Source: the human T2T-CHM13v2.0 reference genome, Homo sapiens. Taken from it: a stretch of DNA of 64,000 bases. Positions 48,808 through 64,000 of the stretch are shown piece by piece (the first letter of the stretch is position 1; every line of letters begins with the position of its first letter). Below the pieces are notes generated by a model. It made no database searches, was not told the origin of the DNA, and was given only the letters and a program-made list of their open reading frames with translations. The stretch lies in the NCBI RefSeq assembly GCF_009914755.1, contig NC_060941.1, one strand, 5' to 3'. The position numbers and the translations under genes were made by a program.

Positions 48808-49769
48808 CTGAGGGAGGAAGAAACCACAACACACAGCCATGGGAACCCAGCTCTATCCACTTCCAGATTCATCTGCACCCAGGGGTAGGTGAAAAAGAGA
48901 TGAGGAGAAGGAAAGCAGATGATAGTAAAGTCTCTCTAATGTGGGGCTCTCAACCTGGAATTCTGGGACCCTTAGAGGACTCATGGATAGCTCACAGGGT
49001 CTCTGAGCCACTTGAAATTGCAGTTTAAAAACTGTGCATTGTGTACTTTCTGGCAAGAGATTCCATAGCTTTTATCAGATTCTTAAAGGGTCTGTGACCC
49101 TAACAAAGTTGAATAATACGAAACAAAAATCCCTGCTCTAATCCAGGTGAGCCTTTGAGACAAAGTAGATGGACTGAAAACTCAGCTGAATCTTCCCACT
49201 GAGCTAGAAGAGAGTGCTAAGCAGAGAAGGCGTAGACAGACCACAGGCCAGCTGGATAGCTGACCCACAGCCAGGACTGGTCCACGCTTTGCATAGAGGA
49301 GGAGAGACCCAGCCATGACCGACATCCCATGTAATGTTCTGAGAGTCCTGTTCCCAGAAGCTCTTCCCAGTGGCCTGCTCTCTCCACTGTGCCCTGGCCT
49401 GCTAGAGGGGAGCATTCCAACCCAAGCTGCAGTTGAGGACCAGGAGTACATGCACTCCTGAAGCCCGCTCCCTAAATAAGGTTCATGCTCAGCCTCCCAG
49501 CATGGCCTGGCTGCTCTTACTCCTACTGGAGGAGGCAAGCAGGACAGACCGGTGAGAGTCCTCTGCTGCCTGGATTGAGGGATCCTCTAAAAGATGCCGG
49601 CTCCTGTGTGCCTTCAGGGCTCCCCGCACCGCCCCGTCGTTGCCCAGCCCTCTGCACAGCCTTTCGGTGTGTCTGGGCTCTGAGCAGTGGTCTCCTCAGC
49701 ACCCCTCCACGGATCAGGCCCAGGTGGGGAAGGGTGTGGCTACGTGTGTTCCCCTCAATCCAGGTTTAC

Positions 49770-49941
49770 CTGTTTGGAGGCTTGGGTGGCGGCCTTGTCT
49801 TTCTGCTGTTGTTTCTGTTGCCAGCCCCTCATGCCCTTCTTTCTCACTTGCTCGCCTGCCGATTCCCCCTGCATCTCTACCTTCTTCTTCATTTGGAAGG
49901 GCTTTTTCTCCCGTTTTAGTCTCAGCTCCTGGATCAGTTGC
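49770..49941 (-). CDS. TTLL6: TTLL6 coding exon (172 nt; QLIQELRLKREKKPFQMKKK..QASKQ)
   Basis: ggcag| and CAG|gtaaac; basic region; phase 2 to 0 fits neighbours. Confidence 0.9.
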
Positions 49942-50436
49942 CTGCCCATGAAGAACAAGTGAACATCATGGGGGTTAGAAATGCGCTGCGCAGGCAGGCA
50001 TTCTCCTTGAGGGATGGACATGACTGGGCGAAAAGTTAGCAAGTTCCACATTCCCTCCTCCAACATATCCAGTCTGCACAAGTGATTGAATGTCAAGGAG
50101 CAGGGTGTGGAGGAAAGCATCATTCTGCCAACCATACCATCCCCTGTGTGGGAATAGCATCCAAGGAGAGATGTGCAGTAAGGGGGCTATTCCCTAGTCC
50201 ATCACAGCCCTATTTGTTCCCCACTTCCCAGCAGGCCAGTTCCCATCCATGGCAGGTGCTGGGGAGAGGGTCTGGGTAGGAGGCTAACGCCAGAGGCTCT
50301 CATATTGCGCCATTTCATGTGCTGGGCCTGTCTAGCCAATGGATGCTGAGAGTGGACAAAAGGTGACATAATATAGCAGAAATAACTCAGTCTCATGAAT
50401 CAGGACACAGGGGAGTTCTGGTCCCTCTTCTGTCAT

Positions 50437-53705
<3,269 letters not shown>

Positions 53706-54976
53706 CTGTGAGGGCAAGATTGGCAGCTGGTGACAAAGCCGTCCAGAATGAAAGCAGAGAGTGAGGCCGAGGTGCCACCTCCAGGGCACTACCAAAGCCC
53801 ACCTCAGGGCCCTCACTACCAAGATGAAAGGGAGGGGAGAGAGCATCTGGACTAGAGCCACAGTGAAAAAAGGAGGCAGCAGAACTCCCTCTAGTTAAAC
53901 CAGCTTTTATCTCAGGCCTTTCTTCTTTGGGAGCATCAGGGTTACCCTCTCTTTGGTGTGTGTGTTCCACTCCATCTGGGGTGCATGTGTTCTCTCATAT
54001 GCACTGGGCATCCAGAGAGCAGGATGGAAGGGGTACTTCCCAAAGGGACAGGCTTGGACATAGGAGGTAGAGAGGAGTGGCATTCAGGAGCCTGGCCAGG
54101 GTGGAGGGGAGACATGTGGGAGGAAGGAGAGGACTCATTCCCGCCCACTGAAAAGTCTGTATTGTTTGGAGGCACCATGTGACATTTGCAGATTTCTAGA
54201 AGTTTTTGAAGGGCTTGGTCCTGATGGCTCATTCTGCTCTTTGGGTAAGGGCTGCAAACAGGCACATCCCTCTTCCCACCACACCTACAAGGGCTGGGAA
54301 TGGAAGAAGGGCAAAGCTGCAGGAATCTGACCTGTAATCTCGGGTTCTCCACCCCAGAGTCTGACCTGTGTCACTGCACCTGGCACTAGCACCCTTTGCT
54401 CCCTGAAGGGCCACATGAGAGGGCTCCTGAGGACAATTCTATCAGGAAGAGAGGCAGTCACCAGGAAAGCTTCTCCTCCTCCTCACACTGCCGTATGGGT
54501 CTAGGGGAGGCAGGAAACTCACTACATGGCCCCCCATCCATTTCGGTGGCAGCAGGCCCCAGGACGCTCTCTGCTGGTGTGTGTGAACTGAGTAATCCAG
54601 GACCCTAAGAGTGGGGCACCGCCGCTCCTGTCTGATACTGAACGTTGCCAACCCAGCTTTGATGAAAAACGCCCCTTTCTGGGAGACAACTCTTACAAAA
54701 GATCGAGCTGTCTTTAGAATCACTCTGTGCCTAAGATCAGCACTTCCTTGTCTAAGAGGACCTCAAGAAGGCAAAGGAATTCTCTAATTCCCAGCTGTCT
54801 ACCCCCCTCTGGTGGCCACTTCTCAGCTAAGAGAGAAGCCCCAGGCAGCAGGCACCATGGGAGGAAGTGGCCTGGGAAGTTGAAACAATTTAGGTGAGCC
54901 AGGAGGGCGGAATCCTTGAAGCGGGCTGGCCCCAATAACAGGAGTTCGTTTTCGCCCCTCGCCCAAACTTCCCTAC

Positions 54977-55202
54977 CTCCAGCAGCCAGGGTTTGAGTTT
55001 GTGGTCCAACAAAATGTCAAAGCCCAGGATCTCAAAGCAGGCGCTGTTGAGTGTGTGGTTGGGGAAGCAGGTGTGGTAGTTATGCCTGATGATGGGGTGG
55101 GCCGAGATGAGGGTCTTGATGATGACGTCCTCAATATCCCTCCATATCTGCTCCACGTTGTAGCTGTGGTCCTCCAAGTATGCACTGAAGGTGGAGAGCT
55201 TC
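54977..55202 (-). CDS. TTLL6: TTLL6 coding exon (226 nt; KLSTFSAYLEDH..SACFEILGFDILLDHKLKPWLLE)
   Basis: ttccag| and GAG|gtaggg; FEILGFD and PWLLE catalytic motifs; phase 2 to 0. Confidence 0.97.
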
Positions 55203-55721
55203 CTGGAAGGGAACCACAGGCCAGGAGGCAGTGTAGCTGGCTTCTGGTCACCCGAGGCCATGGCATGCTGGAAACCAGAAACTCCTGGCGGAGACAAGGC
55301 TCCAGAGCCAGCGAGGATGAACGCCCAGGAACCAGGGTGACACCTGGGCTGTGTCGGTGCCAGATGAGGTCCCAGGAATCCCAGGACCACACCCTCCAAG
55401 TCTCCAGAGCCCCAGGGTGGGTGCAGATGCAGTCACATAGGACATGGTCAGGACACTTTCACTTTCACTGTGACCCAGAAAACATCTATCAGCAGGGGAA
55501 GGGATGAGTCAAGAAAACCCCCTGACACCATGGTTTTACTTTGGCAGCAATGATTCCTCAGCCTTTGGTGTTCATTAGAAGCATGTGGGCAGCCTTTTAA
55601 GAACACTGATGCCTGGGTCCCACCTCAGCCATCTGAGGGGATTCTAGGGACACTAATGACACAGAAAACTTGTTTTAGGGCTGCCCACAAGGAAAAGGCA
55701 CCCAAGGGCATGTCCACAGAT

Positions 55722-55832
55722 AAGGTTACCAACTGTGCCAGGCAAACTGGACTGTCCCAGTTTTAGAATTGCAAGTCCTGAATTCCAGGAAACCCCTCAG
55801 TCGTGGGCAAACGGAGACAGCTGGTCACCTGA
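55722..55832. mobile_element. MER81-like hAT miniature element
   Basis: Terminal inverted repeats aggttacca..tggtcacct; internal ggaaacccctcagtc. Confidence 0.7.
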
Positions 55833-57802
55833 TCACAGATGAACTCAGAGATGTTTACCTCATGTGGAATAGTTCATGAGGAAATACCTGAGTGGGTACT
55901 CAGCCAGCTCTGAGCTGGGCATTACAGAGAGAGGATGGATGTCACAAATCCAAGAGGCAGTGGTGGGGACAGACATTTGCCACCTCACATGCACACAAAT
56001 GTGCACAGACAGCCAAAGTGGAAGTGGCAGTGTGGAAGGAGGAGGTGCAGGGGAGTGAACAGCAGAAAGAATGAAAAAGACAAGAGACACGGCTCATCCA
56101 GGCAGTTTCAAAAGCTCACTAGATCCCAGCCCAAGGGGTCAAGAAGGAGGAAGCAGGGTCAGCCAGACAATGAGCATTTGATAAGGGCCTTTGGTGCATG
56201 CAAAGCCTCATGCAAGGAGGGGACACTAGAAACTGTCACCTCTGTCATGGGAAGCCTCAGGACCATTCAGGGAGTCAACACACATGTGAAACAACCAAGG
56301 ATGCATTTATATAAAGACAGATAAGCAAAGGATACTCAATATAGAGGCCACCTCCTCCACCTGCCATTGTCAGAAAACAGTGTTGCACATAAATGGATTT
56401 TCCAGATCGCTTTAAGCCAATTTTTTTCAAGTGGAGAAAATGTATTTAATTTGCCTAATTGGGAAATAAATTTTCCTGAAATAGATTATACACCTCCCTG
56501 GCAACATATAACATAACCTTTTCTTGATGACTCAGGCTCATCACAATGAATATACTTCATTGTGTAATTTCATAATGCCCAGTGGTAAGTCAATTCAATT
56601 TAATACCAGCCATGTGCTGAGCACACTGAAAGATGAAGATGGCTTGGTGTCTGCCCCAGAATCCTGCCAGGTTTTCAGGTTTCCTGTCTTCTCCTTCACT
56701 GTGACCGCAGCACTACTCCTGAGTTTGTGCGCCAGTGGGGTATTGACAGGGAGGGCAGTTGACCTCAAACGCCAACTTTGGGACAGATGAGACAGTCAGT
56801 ATGAGAAGAAGATTGTCTCAAAAGATGGAGAGGAGGAAGAGGAAAGGAGAAACAAGATGGGAGGGAGAGGAGGAAAGATGAACTCTGCCCAGCACTATGG
56901 GAAGAACCCCAAAGGCCAGGGCACCATTGTAACCCTCAAGGAGCAAAGTACAACTAGGGACAAAAGACAAATGTGCACTGGGCAAAGAATAGTTATGGGC
57001 GATGGCTGATGTTGACCATGAGGGTTGTAAAAATACAAAAAATTGGCCAAGCATGGTGGTGGGCGCCTGTAATCCCAGCTACTTGAGAGGCTGAGGCAAG
57101 AGAATCGCTTGAATCCGGGAGTCGAAACTTTTGCAGTGAGCCGGGATCGCGCCATTGCACTCCAGTCTGGGGTGACAAGAGCAAGATTCCGTCTCAAGAA
57201 AAAAAAAAAAAAAGACAGTGCCCTGTCCATGAAGTGGATGGCACGGGCAGCATGGCTTAGTGGGTAAGGGCACCAACTCGGGGGTCAGGCAGCCCTGGTT
57301 TCAATCCCAGCTTCCTAGCTGTGCGACCCAGGTAAGTTACTTAACTTTTTCACACCTCAGTTTCCTAATATGCAGAATAGGGATGATGATAATGCTGACT
57401 TCATAGTGTTGTTGTGAGGAGGATTAAGTGGGTTCAAGTATGTAAATTATCACTAGGAAAAGAAATGTCCAAGCTCTCCACCCCTGGAGATGAGAAGGTA
57501 GAGATGGGGAAGTTGGGCAGGGAGACCAATTTGGAGTGCTGCGGTGGAGGCAAGGAGAGAGAATACACCCATTCTGGGAAATGCTGAGTTGAAGACGTCC
57601 AGGTGGAACTGAGGAGAGATGGACCTGGAGCCCAAGGGAGACAGGCTGAGCCCAGCAAGGGCAGGCGGAGGCCACGGGGGCACACGGCTGCTCCAGGAGA
57701 GAGTGGATGGAGAAGTACAGTGGGGTGAGAGGGAGATGAACAGAGGAAGAGGACAGGGGAAATGGAAGAGGCAGAACAACACTTGAAGCCTTGCAACCTC
57801 AC

Positions 57803-57879
57803 CTTAGTTCTGCTACCCCGAGACACCCCTCCATCACAGCCGAGGGCCCAGGGCCTGCTGTTGGGGTGCCAATTCTCAT
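57803..57879 (-). CDS. TTLL6: Coding part of an alternative internal first exon of TTLL6 (MRIGTPTAGPGPSAVMEGCLGVAELR)
   Basis: In-frame ATGs at 57879 and 57834; strong donor AAG|gtgagg in phase 2 matching the acceptor at 55202; gives a 584-aa ORF, matching my recollection of a shorter annotated isoform. Confidence 0.75.
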
Positions 57880-58810
57880 TGGAGGAGGAAAATGAGAACC
57901 TTTCCATTCTGTGCCCTTAGACTAAGGAAAAATGACAGTAACCACGCACACTGTCTGTGTTGCCATCACAAGTCATTTGAACCTCACAGAGACCCTGTGA
58001 GGTGGCAGGGCAGGGCAGGGAGTCTCATCACGTTCATCCTCCAGACCAAGAAGTGCAGGCTCAGAGAGATGAAGTAACTTGTCCAAGCCTAGTTGGCAAG
58101 TGTCGGAGCCGGGACTACAAACTAGACCTCCCAGAGTGCCACGCTCAGAACGCAGCAATGCAAGAGGCCCAGCTGATGCCCACAGCCCAGGTGGGGAGGA
58201 GAGGAGGAAGTCGCAGAGCTTCAGGCAGCACAGGTGGCTGACATCTTCTGGAAAAGGGGGAGACTGCCTCCCACCAGCCTTCCACATCCCCTTTAAGCAG
58301 CCTTAACTTAGCGATTTTCTGTGTGCTTTTTGGAATGCTGCCACTGAGGGGGTCATGAACTGTCACATGCCTCTCTGATGGTCTGAAGCCAAACTAATTG
58401 CCTGTTCAGAGGTCCTTTGAAGCCTGGTGCAGCGGAAAGAGAATGAGCTCTGGGGTCTAACAGACCTCGCTTCTCCACCCAGTCTAGCAGTCACAGCTGC
58501 GGGACCTGGGGCAACTCACGCAACCTCTGAGACTCAGTTTCCTCATCTGTAAGATGGAGATGGCACCTAACTCACAGTTCTCCACCTACAGAGGGCAGAT
58601 AGTAATGCCTTTGCCATAGTGTTGCTGTGAAAAATTCAAGAATAGGCCGGGCGCGGTGGCTCACGCCTGTAATCCCAGCACTTTGGGAGGCTGAGGTGGG
58701 AAGATCACGAGGTGAAGAGATCATGACCATCCTGGCCAATATGCTGAAACCCTGTCTCTACTAAAAATACAAAACTTAGCGGAGTGTGGTGGCACATGCC
58801 TATAGTCTCA

Positions 58811-58959
<149 letters not shown>

Positions 58960-59659
58960 TCAGCAATAAAAAATGCACAGAAAGCACCAAGCACAGACCC
59001 CAACACACATGAAGCCTCAGAAATACTTGCTCCTTTTCCCTTTCCTCCTTCACCTGGTCAAGTTCACATTCTTCAGTCCCCCGTTTTCTTAAAACTCAAA
59101 TGAGACCCGATTAGACAATAACAGGAATGGAAAAGCCTCTCGTGAAGATACTCTCATGAACTGCTCTCAATTTCCCCCCTTCTGAGGAATCTTCAAGCCG
59201 GCTAGCCACATGTCAGGGCACTGTGACACATCATTTGAGAATCTCTAATGGAGCAACGTCCAGGGGAACATGGGCCAAGCAATGACTGCCTGGCAAGTCC
59301 TTCTCACGTGGCAGACTAGCGATCAATAAATATCTGTTGATTTGGAAATATCAGAAGGGCCAACTGTAATAAGGGTATGTTTTGGTGTGTGTATATATTC
59401 TGCTGGGGAAACAGCTCATGTTTATCTCTCCTCCTCCCAGCCTCCCAGGGTTTACGATGGGGCCTTCTTTTAATGATTAACAGCCAAGAGGGCAGAGATG
59501 AAGGAATTTGTTCTGGGTTGCGAGGCAAAGGAGTATATTCTCAGACCATGTGACCCAAGATGGAAACACTGATGGGGACTAACAGGGTTTGGGTAGAATC
59601 CCAGAAAGCAGTTCTGAGGTTGGTAGGGAAAGGAAAGAAAAATGAAGCCTCTTCCTTAC

Positions 59660-59745
59660 CTCTTACTGCCAGAGTGTGCATCTCGACTGAAATTTGAACT
59701 GTGCTTATTAATGGAATAATTAGTCAGGTGCATGCAGATATCATC
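59660..59745 (-). CDS. TTLL6: TTLL6 coding exon (86 nt; DDICMHLTNYSINKHSSNFSRDAHSGSKR)
   Basis: cccag| and AG|gtaagg; MHLTNYSINK TTL signature; phase 0 to 2. Confidence 0.96.
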
Positions 59746-60001
59746 CTGGGGAAAAAGACACACATCTGTCGGGTCAGCTCGGAAGGGCAGGCCCCCTGCT
59801 TCCTCTCTGTGCCCTCCCATGGCCCCTGGGGCTTGAAGGGATGGAAAGAAAGGGAAGTTTTAGGGCTTATTTAGTGTGGCAAAATACAGGAAGTAAGAAG
59901 GGGTGTCCTGCAGCCTCGAGCCTAAGAAACTCCAATTCTGCTGGGCGTGGTGGCTCATGCCTGTAATCCCAGCACTCTGGGAGGCTGAGGCAGGCAGATC
60001 A

Positions 60002-60190
<189 letters not shown>

Positions 60191-60660
60191 CTAGGCGACA
60201 AAGCGAGACTCCATCTCAAAAAAAAAAAAAAAGAAACTCCAGTTCTTTCTGAGATTGGGTGGTGCCCAGCCTGAGAAAAACTTCAGGAGTCCTGGGGGTC
60301 CAGGAAAGGTGGGGATGGCAGGGTTGCTCATCCACGGCCTTTTCTCCTTGATTACCCCTGAACTGTGGTTCTGGCTTTGGAGTCAGGCAGACCTGGCCAC
60401 AAGCCCCAGACTCACCTCTTCCTAGCTGTGTGACCTTGGACAAGTCCCTTATGCTCTGGGTTTTAATCTCGTCATCTGTAAAATGGGGATAATAATCCCT
60501 CTCTCTGAGGGATCCTGGCAGCGCTAAATGAAACCCGGCACATAGCAAGTGCTCAACAAATGACACTCACAATGTCTTGAGGATGTGGATTTAACTAGAA
60601 TTTTTTTTTTTTTAATCACGCTATGGGGGTAGGGTGAGGTAGTGTGTCTCCTTAGCTCAC

Positions 60661-60804
60661 CAGGTTGTCTGTGCAAGGGCGGGAGTAAGAGGTCGTCGCA
60701 AAGCGGGCCAGTCCTTCATTGTACACAAAAATCCTGAGAGGGTCACAGGATGTCACCAGTACATAAATCCGTAGGTCAAACTTAAACCCATCAATGATAA
60801 AGGG
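60661..60804 (-). CDS. TTLL6: TTLL6 coding exon (144 nt; [48 protein letters not shown])
   Basis: ttccag| and CTG|gtgagc; TTL motifs KFDLR and EGLARFAT; phase 0-0. Confidence 0.96.
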
Positions 60805-61831
60805 CTGGAAGGAGAGAACAGAAGTCAGACATGCATTAGAGGAGAAATTTACACTTGAAAATCACTAGCTCCCGCCTTGTTTCCATGGAGTTGGCTCCAA
60901 CATTGCCTAGTGTTGTGGAGGGCAGGCTTGTCCAGGGTCAGAGAGAGGAACAAGGAGACTTGGGCTCTGTGTCCCAACATGTGACCCTGTGGAGGTCACT
61001 AAACCACACTGTGCCTTGGTTTCCTGATCTGTCAAGTGACACAAGTAACCACCTCTAAGAGGCACCTTGGCAACTAAACAAAGTAACATTAAAAAGTCCT
61101 CTGAAGCCAGGCGTGGTGGCTCATGCCTGTAACTCTAGCACTTTGGGAGTCTGAGGCGGATGGATGATCTGAGGTCAGGAGTTCGAGACCAGCCTGGCCA
61201 ACATGGCAAAACCCCGTCTGTACTAAAAATACAAAAATTTGCCAGGCGCGGTGGTGGGCCCCTGTAATCCCAGCTACTCAGGAGGCTGAGGCAGGAGAAT
61301 CACTTGAGCCCCGGGGGGCAGAAATTGCAGCAAGCCAAGTTCACGCCACTTCACTCCAGCCTGGGCGAAAGAGCAAAACTCCATCTCAAAAAAAAAAAAA
61401 AAAAAAAAAGTCCTCTGATGGGCCAGGTGCAGTGGTTTATGTCTATAATCCCAATACTTTGGGAGGCCGAAGAGGGAGGATTGCTTGACCTCAGGAGTTC
61501 AAGACCAGCCTGGGCAACAAAGTGAGACCTTTTCTCTACTAAAATTCAAAAAAAGAATTAGCCAAGTGTGGTGGTGTATGCCTGAAGTCTTAGCTACTCA
61601 GGAGGCTGAGGTGGAAGGATTGCTCAAGCCTAGGAGGTCGAGGCTGCAGTGAACCCTGATCACACCGCTGCACTCCAGCCTGGGTGACAGAGTGAGACCC
61701 TGTCTCAAAAAAAATAAATAGATAAAAATTCTTTGATAGGCCAGGTGCAGTGGCTCACACTGGGAATCCCAGCACATTGTGAGGCCGAGGCAGGAGGATC
61801 TGTTGAGGCTAGGGGTTTAAGACCAGCCTCA

Positions 61832-62726
<895 letters not shown>

Positions 62727-63202
62727 TAGTTGCAGTTCTACAAGAGTTCTCCCTGCAATGTTGTCCCCTGGCCATTTCTTCCCAGAGAGATCAGTGTGTC
62801 CCCCTCTGTCCACACTCCTAGAGGGCTCCCTCCCCACAGTGGGCTGTGACCTATGACCTCAAGTCAAAGAGAAAAGCTGATTGCTCTCCAGCATCATGCC
62901 CCTTTCCCACATGAGGGCTTCCCCAAACCAAAGGTGCTCTCCTAGCCCTAATGTGTTACAGGAAAAGGGCCAGCCTGGCAGGGCCAGACCAATTGACAAG
63001 GGTAAAAGGATAACAGACACTCTGGCCCGGGCACGTGTCAGCACCCCGGTCAGAACGTTTGGTCTGACAAAGTGCAAGGCAGAAGCCAGGTCAGCTCCAC
63101 CTCCACCTTCACCCTCCATCCCCTCATTTCACATTCTGTCCAGTGGAGCTAAAGTCCGCGGTTGCTGTGGGTGATAAATAAATAATCACAATGAGGAAGT
63201 AC

Positions 63203-63359
63203 CTTTGAAATATACAGCTGACAGATCATATCCTCCCCTGGTTTGATTTCTTTCACTGTCCGGGTGATGAATATACCTTTCCCTTGGCAGCCCGAATCCG
63301 GCTTACAAATGTATGTCTTATTTTTTCTTGACCTGCTGTAGGTCTGCAAATCTCCCCAG
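63203..63359 (-). CDS. TTLL6: TTLL6 coding exon (157 nt; ..WGDLQTYSRSRKNKTYICKPDSGCQGKGIFITRTVKEIKPGEDMICQLYISK); upstream exons lie beyond the window
   Basis: tag| acceptor and AAG|gtactt donor; TTL ATP-grasp motifs KPxxGCQGxGI and QxYI; phase 2 to 0. Confidence 0.95.
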
Positions 63360-64000
63360 CTACCAGAGCAGGGAGGGAACAAGATACATCTTTAGCTGGG
63401 GAGCAATGAAAAGGAAGGCTAGCCCTTTATGAAGAAAAGAAAGAAAAGCTGTCTAATGTGACAAATCCCTGGCACTGACAGATGCCCAGAGGTCCAGCAA
63501 TGGGAGAGAGTAGAGCACACGCAGTGGGGAGTGTGGGCTTCAGAGGGAATTCAGGCCTGGGTTGAAGCCCAAGCAACACCACTTACCAGTGGTGCAACCC
63601 TTTGCAAGGACTTGACCTCTCTAAACCTCAACTTCATCATCTATACAGTGAGGATAATAACGACACCCACCTCCTGTGGTGCCTAGTTGCATGACATAAT
63701 GCAGGCACAGTGCTGCATGTCCCATCAAGGTGACCATGGCACAGGTAGTTTTGTTTTCTGGGTTTGCAGGTAGGAGCTTTGGAGTTCTGGACCTGGCTCA
63801 AGCCCTGACAAGTGATGTGATTTTGGATCCGTCAGTCTCTCACCCCATGCTGGGCTTCAGTGTTTCGTCTGTGACACCTCCATTTCAGCCAGAGTATGGG
63901 AGAGCAAATCATATATTTGAACATATTTTGAGGAAAGTATATTCAGAAGAAAGAAAGAAACTAAATTAATGGATTCGGTCTATCAGTCTCGCTATACTTC

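Noticed and set aside
49983-49993. NRF1-like TGCGCTGCGCA
   Set aside because: One base short of the palindrome and not in a promoter context

Overview
Human-type genomic DNA, very Alu-dense. The right ~38 kb holds the 3' part of the tubulin polyglutamylase gene TTLL6 on the minus strand. I assembled 10 coding exons with consistent splice phases (63359 to the stop at 32592), an internal alternative first exon at ~57.8 kb and a non-coding last exon with AATAAA at 25865-25870. From recalled gene order (17q21.32), the left ~25 kb is the interval between HOXB13 (outside the window, to the left) and TTLL6. It carries several orphan CpG islands, homeodomain/FOX motif clusters and a possible + strand lncRNA terminal exon. 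Repeats include dozens of Alus, a 7SL pseudogene, a long Alu-shattered old L1, two MaLR LTRs, hAT fossils, MIR/L2 and microsatellites. The most notable observations are: (1) an old inverted genomic copy of TTLL6's last two coding exons inside its own last intron, which makes the pre-mRNA self-complementary and has its own splice sites on the antisense strand; (2) a speculative Evx-homeobox-like relic in a CpG island at the position and orientation expected for the EvxB gene lost in tetrapods; (3) a probably catalytically dead internal-start TTLL6 isoform. Repeat boundaries and subfamilies are by eye and approximate.
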